Origin: a virus
Lineage: Duplodnaviria > Caudoviricetes
Virus record (IMG/VR): IMGVR_UViG_3300005611_000139
Coordinates: 1-30,714 of that record
Strand: one strand, 5' to 3'
Length of the DNA: 30,714 nt
The translations under genes and the position numbers were made by a program. Shown here piece by piece: positions 1-8,541 of this stretch. How positions within the stretch are numbered: the first letter of the stretch is position 1; every line of letters starts with the position of its first letter. The notes beneath the pieces are model-generated. The model saw only the letters and a list, made by a program, of their open reading frames with translations. It made no database searches and was not told the origin of the DNA.

Positions 1-77
1 TCAGCCGCAGCTGAACAAGCTAGCGAAAACTCCGCAGTACAAGAAACAAATATGGACGACACACTATTAACAGTTAA
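1..77. repeat. 77-nt terminal direct repeat, left copy (circular assembly overlap)
   Basis: Positions 1-77 are identical to 30638-30714. The length matches a common assembler k-mer, and the junction falls in-frame inside the capsid gene. Confidence 0.95.
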
Positions 78-783
78 CGTTGATACTATTGCCGGCCAAC
101 AAGATGTTTCTAAGCAAGCTCTAGATAGGGGCGGGCAACCGGGCTTTAACTTGGAAGATATTATTTTCCAAGACCTAGCTGCTGCTTATTACACAAAACT
201 TGATAACTTACTTTTAAACGGTTCCGGATCCTCCGGGCAACCGTTAGGTCTTACAACTGTTTCCGGTGTAAACTCCGTAACATATACAGACGCAAGCCCT
301 ACAGTAGCCGAGCTTTTTCCTAAATTAGCTGACGCTATTCAACAAGTAAACTCAAATAGGTTCGCACCTGCTACCGCAATAATTATGCACCCAAGAAGAT
401 GGGGCTTTATTACTAGCGGAGTAGATAGCTCTAATAGACCACTAGTACTACCTGCCGGCAACGCACCGCAAAACGCTTATGGCGTAGGCGACGCTGCTAA
501 ATATGGTGTAGTAGGACAAATATTAGGTATACCGGTAATAACCGACGCTAATGTTGCAACCAACTTTGGTACAGGTACTAACGAGGACGAGATCTATATC
601 GTTAGAGCAGAAGACCATATTTTATTCGAGCAAGATGTATTTACAGCTAAGTTTGAAGAAACAAACGCAGGATCACTTACTACTAAGTTAGTGGTTTACG
701 GTTATGTTGCTTTCGCTAGCGGTAGATACCCTGCTGGAATTTCCGTCATTGGCGGAACAGGATTGGTAACACCAACCTTTTAA
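1..783 (+). CDS. Major capsid protein, HK97 fold, C-terminal part (continues from 30092 across the junction; ~442 aa total)
   Basis: Frame is open from position 1. HK97-like segments LLNGSGSSGQPLGL, IIMHPRRW...DSSNRPL, GQILGIPVITD. Follows portal and protease. Confidence 0.92.
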   Translation, partial: SAAAEQASENSAVQETNMDDTLLTVNVDTIAGQQDVSKQALDRGGQPGFNLEDIIFQDLAAAYYTKLDNLLLNGSGSSGQPLGLTTVSGVNSVTYTDASPTVAELFPKLADAIQQVNSNRFAPATAIIMHPRRWGFITSGVDSSNRPLVLPAGNAPQNAYGVGDAAKYGVVGQILGIPVITDANVATNFGTGTNEDEIYIVRAEDHILFEQDVFTAKFEETNAGSLTTKLVVYGYVAFASGRYPAGISVIGGTGLVTPTF

Positions 784-790
784 TTAAATT

Positions 791-830
791 AGTTTTAGTA
801 CGTCGGGCAACCGACGTACTAGAACTTTAA
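791..830 (+). terminator. Strong hairpin after capsid gene (terminator/attenuator or mRNA stabiliser)
   Basis: AGTTTTAGTACGTCGG-GCAA-CCGACGTACTAGAACT: 16-bp stem with one G-U pair, GNRA loop and only a short U-tract. Confidence 0.7.
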
Positions 831-839
831 GGAAAATTT

Positions 840-1013
840 ATGAGTAAGAAAACAGAAAAAATTGAAGCTTTAAAAAAAGAATTAAAGCACTATGAGATTT
901 ATAACAAAGCTGATCGTGCCGAAGAAGTTAAAAAAGAGATTAAAGCTCTTGGCGGAAAAATTGAAAATAAGTCCGCTAAACCTAAAGCCGAAAAAAAGAC
1001 TATAAAGAAGTAG
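840..1013 (+). CDS. Small Lys/Glu-rich hypothetical protein (57 aa)
   Basis: Below the ORF-track cutoff. AAGGA RBS upstream; MSKKTEKIEALKKELKHYEIYNK...; sits between capsid and connector. Confidence 0.75.
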   Translation: MSKKTEKIEALKKELKHYEIYNKADRAEEVKKEIKALGGKIENKSAKPKAEKKTIKK

Positions 1014-1015
1014 TT

Positions 1016-1084
1016 ATGCCTAAGCACTATAAAGGCGGTAAAAAAATGAAAGGCGGTAGTGGTAAAGGCCGTAGGGGTAAGTAA
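1016..1084 (+). CDS. Putative 22-aa Gly/Lys micropeptide
   Basis: MPKHYKGGKKMKGGSGKGRRGK exactly fills the gap between two genes (2-nt and 3-nt gaps). Confidence 0.5.
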   Translation: MPKHYKGGKKMKGGSGKGRRGK

Positions 1085-1087
1085 ACT

Positions 1088-1720
1088 ATGGCTATTACTA
1101 ACGGGTATATAACCCAAAACGACCTTAAAGCTTTCGTTGGAATACCGACTAGCGACACCGCAGACGATGATTTATTAGATAACGCTATTAATGGTGCTAG
1201 CAGACAAATAGACGCTTTTTGTGGCCGTAAATTTTACGCCGACGCAAGCGCAACCGCAAGAGAATATTTTACAAACGATTATTTTAAACTTTACGTAGAT
1301 GATATAAGTACAACTACAGATCTAGTTATTAAATACGATGATGACGACGACGGTACTTATGAAACAACCGTACCTAGTACCGAATATAAATTACTTCCTA
1401 TCAACGGTGTAGTAGGCGGTATAGAGGGTAGCCCTTTTTATTTAATACAACTTAATAGCGACGGAGATTACGAGTGGCCTTTATCTAATACTTCTAATAG
1501 GCCATACGCACAAATTACGGCTAAATGGGGTTACGCTACTACGCCCGAGCCTATTAAATACGCTTGTAAAATGTTAGCTAGCGAGCTTTTCGCTATGCGT
1601 AACGCACCTTTAGGAGTAGCCGGCGTAGGCGACTTCGGGGTAGTTAACGTACAACAAAATAGAGAGGTTACCCGGTTATTACTACCATTTCGTAAAGCTA
1701 GCGTTTTAGGTATTGCATAG
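1088..1720 (+). CDS. Head-tail connector/adaptor (HK97 gp6/SPP1 gp15-like)
   Basis: YIT..DLKAFVG...DDDLLDNAINGASRQIDAFCGRKF N-terminus and WGY...PEPIKYA...LLLPFR C-terminus; position after capsid. Confidence 0.8.
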   Translation: MAITNGYITQNDLKAFVGIPTSDTADDDLLDNAINGASRQIDAFCGRKFYADASATAREYFTNDYFKLYVDDISTTTDLVIKYDDDDDGTYETTVPSTEYKLLPINGVVGGIEGSPFYLIQLNSDGDYEWPLSNTSNRPYAQITAKWGYATTPEPIKYACKMLASELFAMRNAPLGVAGVGDFGVVNVQQNREVTRLLLPFRKASVLGIA

Positions 1721-2145
1721 TGGCTAGTTTACAAGAAGTTAGGGACGGTATTAAAACTACCTTAGAAAATAATATTGACGGTTTAAGGGTTTATGACGTA
1801 GTACCGGATTACGCTATTAACTTTCCGGTAGCTATAGTACTACCTACTTCTATACAATTTAATGTTGCTATGCAACGAGGAACTGATCTATATAATTTTG
1901 ATATTTTAGTCGCCGTAGAACGTGGTAATAGCCGTACCGCCCAAGATAAATTAGACGCTTATATAACAGGGCAGGGTAGTAGTAGTTTAAGGCAGACTAT
2001 ATTTAATAATAGAACGTTAGGTTTAACAGATACCGACGCGACTATAACGGGAGTAGGCAATTATGCTGCCGATGTAAATTTAAACGGTATAGACGCAATA
2101 GGGGCAAATTTAAGCCTAGATGTGTACACTAAAGGAACGAGTTAA
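1720..2145 (+). CDS. Tail terminator/tail completion protein
   Basis: 141 aa with RVYDVVP...FPVAIV pattern; located between connector and tail tube. Confidence 0.6.
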   Translation: MASLQEVRDGIKTTLENNIDGLRVYDVVPDYAINFPVAIVLPTSIQFNVAMQRGTDLYNFDILVAVERGNSRTAQDKLDAYITGQGSSSLRQTIFNNRTLGLTDTDATITGVGNYAADVNLNGIDAIGANLSLDVYTKGTS

Positions 2146-2336
2146 TGCCTAAATTTAAGATAATAGGAACAAAGAAAATAAACGGAAAAGAGCCGGGCGA
2201 AATAGTTGATCTAAAAGATTTAGACCAAATTATTACATTAACTAAAGCAGGCCATATTAAAGAATTAGATAAAAAAGATAAAGCTAAAAAAACTAAAAAA
2301 GCTTTAGATCAAATTAAAAAAGATGAGGTTAAATAA
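2145..2336 (+). CDS. Small basic hypothetical (virion module)
   Basis: TAATG coupling on both sides. Confidence 0.7.
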   Translation: MPKFKIIGTKKINGKEPGEIVDLKDLDQIITLTKAGHIKELDKKDKAKKTKKALDQIKKDEVK

Positions 2337-3061
2337 TGGCTAAATATGTTTTTACCGACGGTAAGTTATTTTTAGGCGGGTACGATTTAAGTTCGCATAC
2401 TAACGCCGTAACTTTAGACGTTACCGCAGATGAAGTAGAAGTTACAACTTTACAAAGCGGTGGTTTTAGAGAAAGATTAGGCGGTCTTAAAGATAGTAGT
2501 ATTTCTATAGACGGATTTTTTGAGGCGGGTACAGAAAAACCCGACGCTTTATTAGGGGCTAACGTAGGTAACGAAATTATATGCACAATAGTTCCGGACG
2601 CAGGTGCAGGTAATACCGCGTACTTTTTAAAGTCTAAATTATTTAGTTACTCAATACTTGGGGCTATAGGCGAAGTAGCGCCGTTTAGTTTATCTAAAGC
2701 TAATAGCACCGATAAAGTTGTAAGGGGTACTATTGATATAGACGGAAGTATTACCGCCACCGGTAATACTACAGGTAGACAATTAGGTGCCGTAGGATCC
2801 ACCGAAAGCATTTACGCCGCAATTCATTGCTACGGTGTAAGCGGTACAAGTACCCCTACTATTACGTTCGTATTAGAAAGCGATGATAACGCGGGCTTTA
2901 CTAGTGCTACTACTAGAGCTACCTTTACAGATATAACCGCTATAAGTAGCGAGATTAAAAAAGTAAGCGGGGCTATAACCGACGATTATTGGCGTTTATC
3001 TTATACCGTTAGCGGTACTACCCCTAGTTTTGATATACACGCTACTATTGGTATAGAATAA
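2336..3061 (+). CDS. Tail tube-like protein, long paralog with ~110-aa C-terminal extension
   Basis: N-terminal ~130 aa aligns by eye with 3650..4057 (MAKYVFTD..DLSSH..VTLDVTADEVE..RLGGLKD..ISID). Confidence 0.7.
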   Translation: MAKYVFTDGKLFLGGYDLSSHTNAVTLDVTADEVEVTTLQSGGFRERLGGLKDSSISIDGFFEAGTEKPDALLGANVGNEIICTIVPDAGAGNTAYFLKSKLFSYSILGAIGEVAPFSLSKANSTDKVVRGTIDIDGSITATGNTTGRQLGAVGSTESIYAAIHCYGVSGTSTPTITFVLESDDNAGFTSATTRATFTDITAISSEIKKVSGAITDDYWRLSYTVSGTTPSFDIHATIGIE

Positions 3062-3070
3062 AAAAAAATT

Positions 3071-3137
3071 AAAAAAACCCGACATTATTTGATCTTTTAG
3101 TATAAAATAGTCTTATAAATTACTTAGGGAGGTAATA
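3071..3137 (+). promoter_or_regulatory. Putative early promoter and shared leader of accessory cassette
   Basis: A-tract, CCGACA (3079), 18-nt spacer, TAAAAT (3103), then TTACTTAGGGAGGTAAT RBS leader (3120-3136). ACCCGACATTATTT is identical to 21157-21170. Confidence 0.65.
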
Positions 3138-3341
3138 ATGGACTATCTAAATACTAAAGAAAAAAAGTTAGTAAATTTTATAGTTAAAGAAACTAGTTTA
3201 CTAGCTAACTTAGATGAAATTAATACTAATACAATCTTAACCGCCGGTAACTTAGCTAACGTAAATATCGATAGCATAAGTACCGTTAAAGTTAGGGTTG
3301 CATTAATGCAAGTTAAAAAAGAACTATTAGGGGGTAAATAA
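3138..3341 (+). CDS. Hypothetical protein, accessory cassette gene 1
   Basis: Strong GGGAGG RBS; 67 aa. Confidence 0.8.
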   Translation: MDYLNTKEKKLVNFIVKETSLLANLDEINTNTILTAGNLANVNIDSISTVKVRVALMQVKKELLGGK

Positions 3342-3523
3342 TGAGCTTATTAGAAGACGCTAAAGCTTTAAAAGATCAAATAGGAGTAGTCGAAAGCTAC
3401 ATAGATAAAAATAATAAAATACTTTTAAAGTTAGCTAACGAAGTAGAAACTATGAAAATTACGTACGAGCAAATAAACGCTAGACGTTTAGACATAAAAG
3501 AAAATTATAAAAACCGTAACTAA
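3341..3523 (+). CDS. Hypothetical coiled-coil-like protein, accessory cassette gene 2
   Basis: TTAGGGGGTAA RBS, TAATG coupling; 60 aa. Confidence 0.8.
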   Translation: MSLLEDAKALKDQIGVVESYIDKNNKILLKLANEVETMKITYEQINARRLDIKENYKNRN

Positions 3524-3545
3524 TACTCCCTAAGTAAAAGTTACG
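3515..3545 (+). ncRNA. Candidate antisense (anti-RBS) hairpin in 3' UTR
   Basis: CGTAACT-AA-TAC-[TCCCTAA]-GTA-AA-AGTTACG. CTCCCTAAGTAA (3526-3537) is the exact reverse complement of TTACTTAGGGAG (3120-3131 and 21195-21206). Confidence 0.55.
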
Positions 3546-3552
3546 TACGTAT

Positions 3553-3584
3553 AAAAGCCGGGTTTAACCGCCCGGCTTTTTCTT
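3553..3584 (+). terminator. Rho-independent terminator (possibly bidirectional)
   Basis: AAAAGCCGGG-TTTAACCG-CCCGGCTTTTTCTT. Confidence 0.85.
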
Positions 3585-3624
3585 ATGTCATACTACTTAT
3601 AGATATAACTACCCGACTTAAAAT
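3585..3624 (+). promoter_or_regulatory. Putative late promoter ATGTCAT-N27-TAAAAT
   Basis: Same motif and spacing at 8496, 12711 and 29273. Lies right after a terminator and upstream of the tail tube gene. Confidence 0.65.
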
Positions 3625-3649
3625 TTAATTATTAAGTAAAGGAGTTAAA

Positions 3650-4057
3650 TTGGCAAAGTTTGTATTAACAGACGCTAGCGTAACAATTAACAGCGTTGAT
3701 CTAAGCGATCACGTTGCTAGTGTTACTTTAGATATTACCGCCGATGAAGTTGAGGAAACTGCGTTCGGCCAAACTTTTAAAAGTAGATTAGGGGGTCTTA
3801 AAGACGGTACCCTAAGTATTGATTTCCAACAGGACTTCGCAGCAAGCGAAGTAGACGCTACATTGTGGCCACTTTTAGGAACAGTAACTACTTTTGAAAT
3901 TAAGGCTACTAGCGACGCTGTATCATCAACTAACCCTAAATATAGTGGATCCGTATTGGTTAACCAACACCAACCGGTCGCTAATGGGGTAGGCGAGTTA
4001 GCAAGTTTTTCTGTAAGTTTTCCAACTTCAGGAACAATAACAAGAGCAACTTCTTAG
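3650..4057 (+). CDS. Major tail tube protein
   Basis: AAAGGAG RBS with TTG start; 135 aa; NPKYSGSVLV...GVGELASFSVSF..SG pattern; precedes the tail chaperone. Confidence 0.8.
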   Translation: MAKFVLTDASVTINSVDLSDHVASVTLDITADEVEETAFGQTFKSRLGGLKDGTLSIDFQQDFAASEVDATLWPLLGTVTTFEIKATSDAVSSTNPKYSGSVLVNQHQPVANGVGELASFSVSFPTSGTITRATS

Positions 4058-4058
4058 T

Positions 4059-4325
4059 ATGGCTACTATACAGGGGTTACACCAACTCACGCTTGTATTA
4101 GATGACGGTACTAAGAAAGAAGTAACGTTAAGGCCTATAGATTTCGTTGCGTTAGAGCGTAAATTCGGACAACGACCGGCAAGCGAGTTAGAGAATTTAA
4201 GTTTTGAGGAGTTAATGTATTTATGTTGGAACGCTAGTAAGCGTACCGGCGTAACAGATGATTTTGATAAATGGCTTAATAGCGTAGCTACTATAGACGG
4301 ACTAGGTGGCGAAAACCCGGAGTAA
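4059..4325 (+). CDS. Tail assembly chaperone (G-like)
   Basis: Position after tail tube; ends at slippery heptamer A AAC CCG (4313-4319). Confidence 0.7.
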   Translation: MATIQGLHQLTLVLDDGTKKEVTLRPIDFVALERKFGQRPASELENLSFEELMYLCWNASKRTGVTDDFDKWLNSVATIDGLGGENPE

Positions 4326-4474
4326 ACGGCGGTTATTACTTAGAGCTAATAGCCGAAACAAGTTTAGCTGCCGGCCTTAACCCAATGGAAGTAGCCGAGT
4401 TACCGCTACCAATGTTTTTAGCGTTACAACAAGCTTTACAAAAACGCGCGGAAGAATATAAAAGAAATGGCTAA
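4319..4474 (+). CDS. Tail assembly chaperone -1 frameshift extension (T-like, ~51 codons)
   Basis: Open -1 frame GVNGGYYLELIAETSLAAGLNPMEVAELPLPMFLALQQALQKRAEEYKRNG* exactly fills the gap; X XXY YYZ heptamer upstream. Confidence 0.65.
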   Translation, partial: GVNGGYYLELIAETSLAAGLNPMEVAELPLPMFLALQQALQKRAEEYKRNG

Positions 4475-5060
4475 AGGAATAACTAAAACAACTAGCGGAA
4501 GTGGTATAGCCGTAGAGGGCTTAAACGAAACTATATTTGGTTTAAGAGAGTTAGATAAAGGCGGTGAAGTACGAAAAGCTTTAAGAGGATTACATAAAGA
4601 AATCTCTAAAGAAGTAGAAACCGTAACTAGAACAACCGCTTTACGCCAAAGTATTAATGGTAGGCCGGCGCCTAAAAGAACGCAGGGCGCTAAAGGTTAC
4701 GTTGGCGGTGGTACCGACCGTAGCGCTTATTTAGATATTAGGCGTACTAATAAATTCGTACGTAACTTAGAATTCGGCCGAGATTATCAATTTTTAAATT
4801 TTTACAATAGATCACAAGCTAAAGGTAATAATACTAGCGCTAACGCTACCGGTATCTTTTTTCCTGCTGATCAACTTAAAAGACGCGTATACAAAAAATG
4901 GGTCGGTAATAAATGGCGTAGTACGGGCGTGTTTCCGGAGGGTACGCGTATACACGGCTACGTTGCCGAGCCAACTATAGCTAAAGCGGTACCGGGTATT
5001 ACAGAAGATTATTCGGATAAGATGTTTAAAACAGTTAAGCAAGCGGTAAAGGGTAAATAA
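4467..5060 (+). CDS. HK97 gp10-like neck/tail completion protein
   Basis: IAVEGLNE...LREL N-terminus, LEFG motif, basic composition. Confidence 0.55.
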   Translation: MAKGITKTTSGSGIAVEGLNETIFGLRELDKGGEVRKALRGLHKEISKEVETVTRTTALRQSINGRPAPKRTQGAKGYVGGGTDRSAYLDIRRTNKFVRNLEFGRDYQFLNFYNRSQAKGNNTSANATGIFFPADQLKRRVYKKWVGNKWRSTGVFPEGTRIHGYVAEPTIAKAVPGITEDYSDKMFKTVKQAVKGK

Positions 5061-7264
5061 TGGCGGCAACAAGCACTAAGACTTTAAGGTTTGAATTTTT
5101 AGCTGATACTAAGAAGTTTTTAGGTAATGTAGGTAAAGTAGGTAAAAAGTTTAGTGATGTAGGCGCCCAAATGAAGTCAACGGGCGATACTATTAATAAA
5201 ATTTTCGTAGGAATAGGAGCTGCTGCGGGAGTTGCCGCTACTAAATCATTAACCGCTTTTAGAGATTTCGAAACCGGTATGAACGAGGTATTTACTCTTT
5301 TACCGGGTACTAGCCAAGAAACTTTTGATCAGATTAATAAAGACGTTTTAAAGCTATCTAAAAGCATAGGTAAACTGCCGGAAGATGTTATCCCGGCTTT
5401 ATATGACTCATTATCAGCCGGCGTACCACCGGATAACGTTTTTGCTTTTTTAGAAGTAGCTAATAAATTAGCCGTAGGTGGAGCTACCGATTTAGGAGTA
5501 GCGGTAGACGGTTTAACTACCGTAGTAAACGCTTTTGGTAGTGATGTAATTAGCGTAGGCCAAGCGTCCGATATTATCTTTACGGCAGTTAAAGGTGGTA
5601 AAACTACCGTAGAAGAATTATCTAATGCTATGTTTAATGTTGCCCCTATAGCTGCGTCTATGGGTGTTGCTTTTGGCGATGTTACTGCTGCAGTAGCTAC
5701 CTTAACCGCGTCCGGTACTCCTACAAGCGTATCTATGACTATGATTAGACAAGCATTAAGCGAATTAGCTAAACCAACTTCTAAATTATCACAACTTTTT
5801 ATGGAAATGACCGGTAAGTCTTTTGAAGAATTTATTAAGAGTGGCGGAAATATGAAAGAGGGCTTTGATATTATTAAAAAAGGAGCTGAGCAAAATGGTA
5901 AACCTTTAGCCGAGTACGTAGGGTCGGTCGAGGCTCTCGGTGCTATTCAAACTTTAACCGGTAAAGGTAGTGAAAAATTCGCTAGTGAAATAGAAAACGC
6001 TGCAAACGCCGTAGGTGCAACCGACGCTGCTTTTGAGCAAGGCTCACAGGGTATAGGTTTAGTTTTAGAAAAATTACAAGCTGCGTTTAAAGTATTACAA
6101 ATAGAAATAGGACAAAAATTAGCGCCGATACTTATTGACGCTATTGAAAATATACAAGCTAAATTTAAAGAGATACAACCCGGCTTACAAGCTTTCGTAG
6201 ATAATGTAAAAAGTTTTTTCGCTAGCGATCAAGTAGTAAATACCGTTAATAAATTAAAAGACTCTTTTAACACTTTACAAAAAAACTTAGCGCCGGTTAT
6301 AGATAAGATACAAGCATTTTTTAGAGCTAACCCTAAAGTATTATTTACCGGTTTAGCGGTCGTTATAGGCGGTATATTATTAGCTAGCGTAGTTTCCTTA
6401 GCTAGCGCTTTCGCTGCTCTATTTAGCCCCTTTACTATCGTTATAGGCCTAATTGCTGCTATTGCCGGTGGTTTTAGATACGCATACGATAACTTCGAAA
6501 GCTTTAGAAACTTTATAGATAATGGTATGGACTTTTTACGAAATCTATTTAGAGGTTTTATAGGATTTTTTCAAAGCGACGGTTTTGTAGGCGCTATGAC
6601 TACAGGGCTAAATTTTGTAAAAGAACAATTTAATAATTTAAAAGATGTATTTAGCGGGGTAGTTAATTTTATAAAAGCTTTATTTAGCGGGGACGTTAAA
6701 GGGGCAGTAGATAGCTTAAAAGATATATTTAAAGGTTTACTAAGTTTCTTTAAAAATAATTGGGATTTATTAGGTACTTTAAAAGATGTATTTTTAAACG
6801 CACTTACTAAAGCTAAAGATTTTATTTGGCCTAGATTAAAAGAGTTTGGCGAGGGCTTTATACAAACTATAACTACCGTATTAAAAACTAGCGCGGGCGT
6901 AGTACTAGAGGGCGTAAAGTTTGTATTTAATAAAGTTATAGACAAGATAAACGGCTTTATAAATGATTTAAATAGCGGTTTATCATTTTCATTTTTTGGT
7001 ATAGATATAGACCCGCCGGATATACCTAATATACCTAGATTAGCTAAAGGTGGTATTGTAACGGAACCTACTACGGCAATAATTGGCGAAGAAGGTCCCG
7101 AAGCAGTAATCCCCTTACCGTCGGGAGTTGGCGACGGTAAAGGTTTAGGAAATAATATAAATATTACCGTTAACGCGGGTATAGGTACCGACGGCGCTGA
7201 TGTAGGCCGTTTAATCGTAGAACAGATAGAAAAATATAATAGACGTAATTTAAGGATAGTCTAA
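5060..7264 (+). CDS. Tail tape measure protein (TP901-type core)
   Basis: 734 aa; DFETGMNEV...ALYDSLSAG...GKTTVEEL core, hydrophobic stretch, aromatic periodic repeats, C-terminal LAKGGIV..P..AIIGE.GPEAVIPL. Confidence 0.92.
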   Translation: MAATSTKTLRFEFLADTKKFLGNVGKVGKKFSDVGAQMKSTGDTINKIFVGIGAAAGVAATKSLTAFRDFETGMNEVFTLLPGTSQETFDQINKDVLKLSKSIGKLPEDVIPALYDSLSAGVPPDNVFAFLEVANKLAVGGATDLGVAVDGLTTVVNAFGSDVISVGQASDIIFTAVKGGKTTVEELSNAMFNVAPIAASMGVAFGDVTAAVATLTASGTPTSVSMTMIRQALSELAKPTSKLSQLFMEMTGKSFEEFIKSGGNMKEGFDIIKKGAEQNGKPLAEYVGSVEALGAIQTLTGKGSEKFASEIENAANAVGATDAAFEQGSQGIGLVLEKLQAAFKVLQIEIGQKLAPILIDAIENIQAKFKEIQPGLQAFVDNVKSFFASDQVVNTVNKLKDSFNTLQKNLAPVIDKIQAFFRANPKVLFTGLAVVIGGILLASVVSLASAFAALFSPFTIVIGLIAAIAGGFRYAYDNFESFRNFIDNGMDFLRNLFRGFIGFFQSDGFVGAMTTGLNFVKEQFNNLKDVFSGVVNFIKALFSGDVKGAVDSLKDIFKGLLSFFKNNWDLLGTLKDVFLNALTKAKDFIWPRLKEFGEGFIQTITTVLKTSAGVVLEGVKFVFNKVIDKINGFINDLNSGLSFSFFGIDIDPPDIPNIPRLAKGGIVTEPTTAIIGEEGPEAVIPLPSGVGDGKGLGNNINITVNAGIGTDGADVGRLIVEQIEKYNRRNLRIV

Positions 7265-8496
7265 TGGCGCAACCAACTATACGGGTACGTTTAGGCTTTA
7301 CCCCTAATACCTTTACTTTAGACGATCTAGTTAGGGGTGTATTAGATACCGGGCAACTGGGTGGCGTGATAGAGTTAACAGATGTTACTAGCGATGTACA
7401 AAATGTAGCTATTAGTCGCGGTAGATCAAAAGATTTAGATAGTTTTTTTACGGGTAGTTGCGCTATAAAGCTTTTAAATAATAGTCGTAAATATGAAAAT
7501 ACCAATACTAGTAGCCCTTACTATCCCGGTATAGAGCCGTTTATTAAAATGCACGTAGACGCTACTACCGACGGCGGTAGTACATACGAAGACTTATTCG
7601 TAGGGTTTGTAGCCGATATTAGTTTAACTTACCCGGATAGTAATAACTCATTTGCTACGTTTACCGGTTTTGACGCGTTTATGAAAATAAATAATACAGA
7701 ATTAGTTAATCAATCTTTTACTAGTACAGATAGCGGTACGTTAATAAATAATATTTTAGATAATGATAGCGTTAAATTTAGTACGGGTAATAGGGATATA
7801 GAAACCGGTATTAGTACTATGCAGGCTTTAAGCGGTATAGATAGTAATACATTAAGTTTATTACAAACTATAGAGCGTTCCGAAAACGGTTTATTATTTA
7901 TGTCTAAAAGCGGTAAGTTAACGTTTAAAAACCGACATACTACTTTTCCAAGTACGGCTAGTATAACCTTTAGCGATGACGGTAGCGATGTACCATATAC
8001 TAGCGTAGATTATATAAACGACGATAATGAGATTTATAATATAGTAAACCTTACCCGTACAGGCGGTACTACGCAAACACAAGAGGACGTCGGTAGCCAA
8101 CTTAAATACTTAATACGTACTTTAACGCGTACCGGGTTATTAAATGATAATGATACGGAAGTAAACGACGCTGCTTTATTTTTATTAGGTAAGTTTAAAG
8201 ACGCTTTACTTAGGTTTGATAATCTTACAGTTAATTTAGTTGATCTAAATACAACTAATCAAAATTTAATTTTATCAAGTGAAGTAGGCGATATAGTAAA
8301 CGTAGAATTAACGCCACCGGGTACAGGTAGCCCTAGCCAAATAACTAGTTTAGAAGTATTAGATAGTATTACCTATAACGTTACACCCGATACTTTTAAA
8401 GTAGCTTATAAATTAAGTAGCGCTAACCAACAAGCTTTTTTACGTTTAGATAACACACTTTTTGGTGTTTTAGATACGGATAAATTAGGTTATTAA
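7264..8496 (+). CDS. Minor tail (tail tip/hub) protein
   Basis: Follows TMP; DVTSDV..VAISRGR, E.GLLFMSKSGKLTFKNR patterns. Confidence 0.75.
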   Translation: MAQPTIRVRLGFTPNTFTLDDLVRGVLDTGQLGGVIELTDVTSDVQNVAISRGRSKDLDSFFTGSCAIKLLNNSRKYENTNTSSPYYPGIEPFIKMHVDATTDGGSTYEDLFVGFVADISLTYPDSNNSFATFTGFDAFMKINNTELVNQSFTSTDSGTLINNILDNDSVKFSTGNRDIETGISTMQALSGIDSNTLSLLQTIERSENGLLFMSKSGKLTFKNRHTTFPSTASITFSDDGSDVPYTSVDYINDDNEIYNIVNLTRTGGTTQTQEDVGSQLKYLIRTLTRTGLLNDNDTEVNDAALFLLGKFKDALLRFDNLTVNLVDLNTTNQNLILSSEVGDIVNVELTPPGTGSPSQITSLEVLDSITYNVTPDTFKVAYKLSSANQQAFLRLDNTLFGVLDTDKLGY

Positions 8497-8535
8497 TGTC
8501 ATATAACCTAGATCACTATAGAAAGGAAATAAAAT
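8496..8535 (+). promoter_or_regulatory. Putative late promoter ATGTCAT-N27-TAAAAT
   Basis: Same motif and spacing as 3585, 12711 and 29273; 6 nt separate the -10 from ATG 8542. Confidence 0.6.
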
Positions 8536-8541
8536 AAAAAT

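Noticed and set aside
52-783. 243-aa protein starting at ATG 52
   Set aside because: Artefact of linearisation; it is the C-terminal part of the ~442-aa capsid protein.
899-7505. Minus-strand ORFs 899..1117, 2329..2586, 4812..5072, 6571..6945 and 7170..7505
   Set aside because: Antisense shadows of well-supported + strand genes, with no recognisable motifs.
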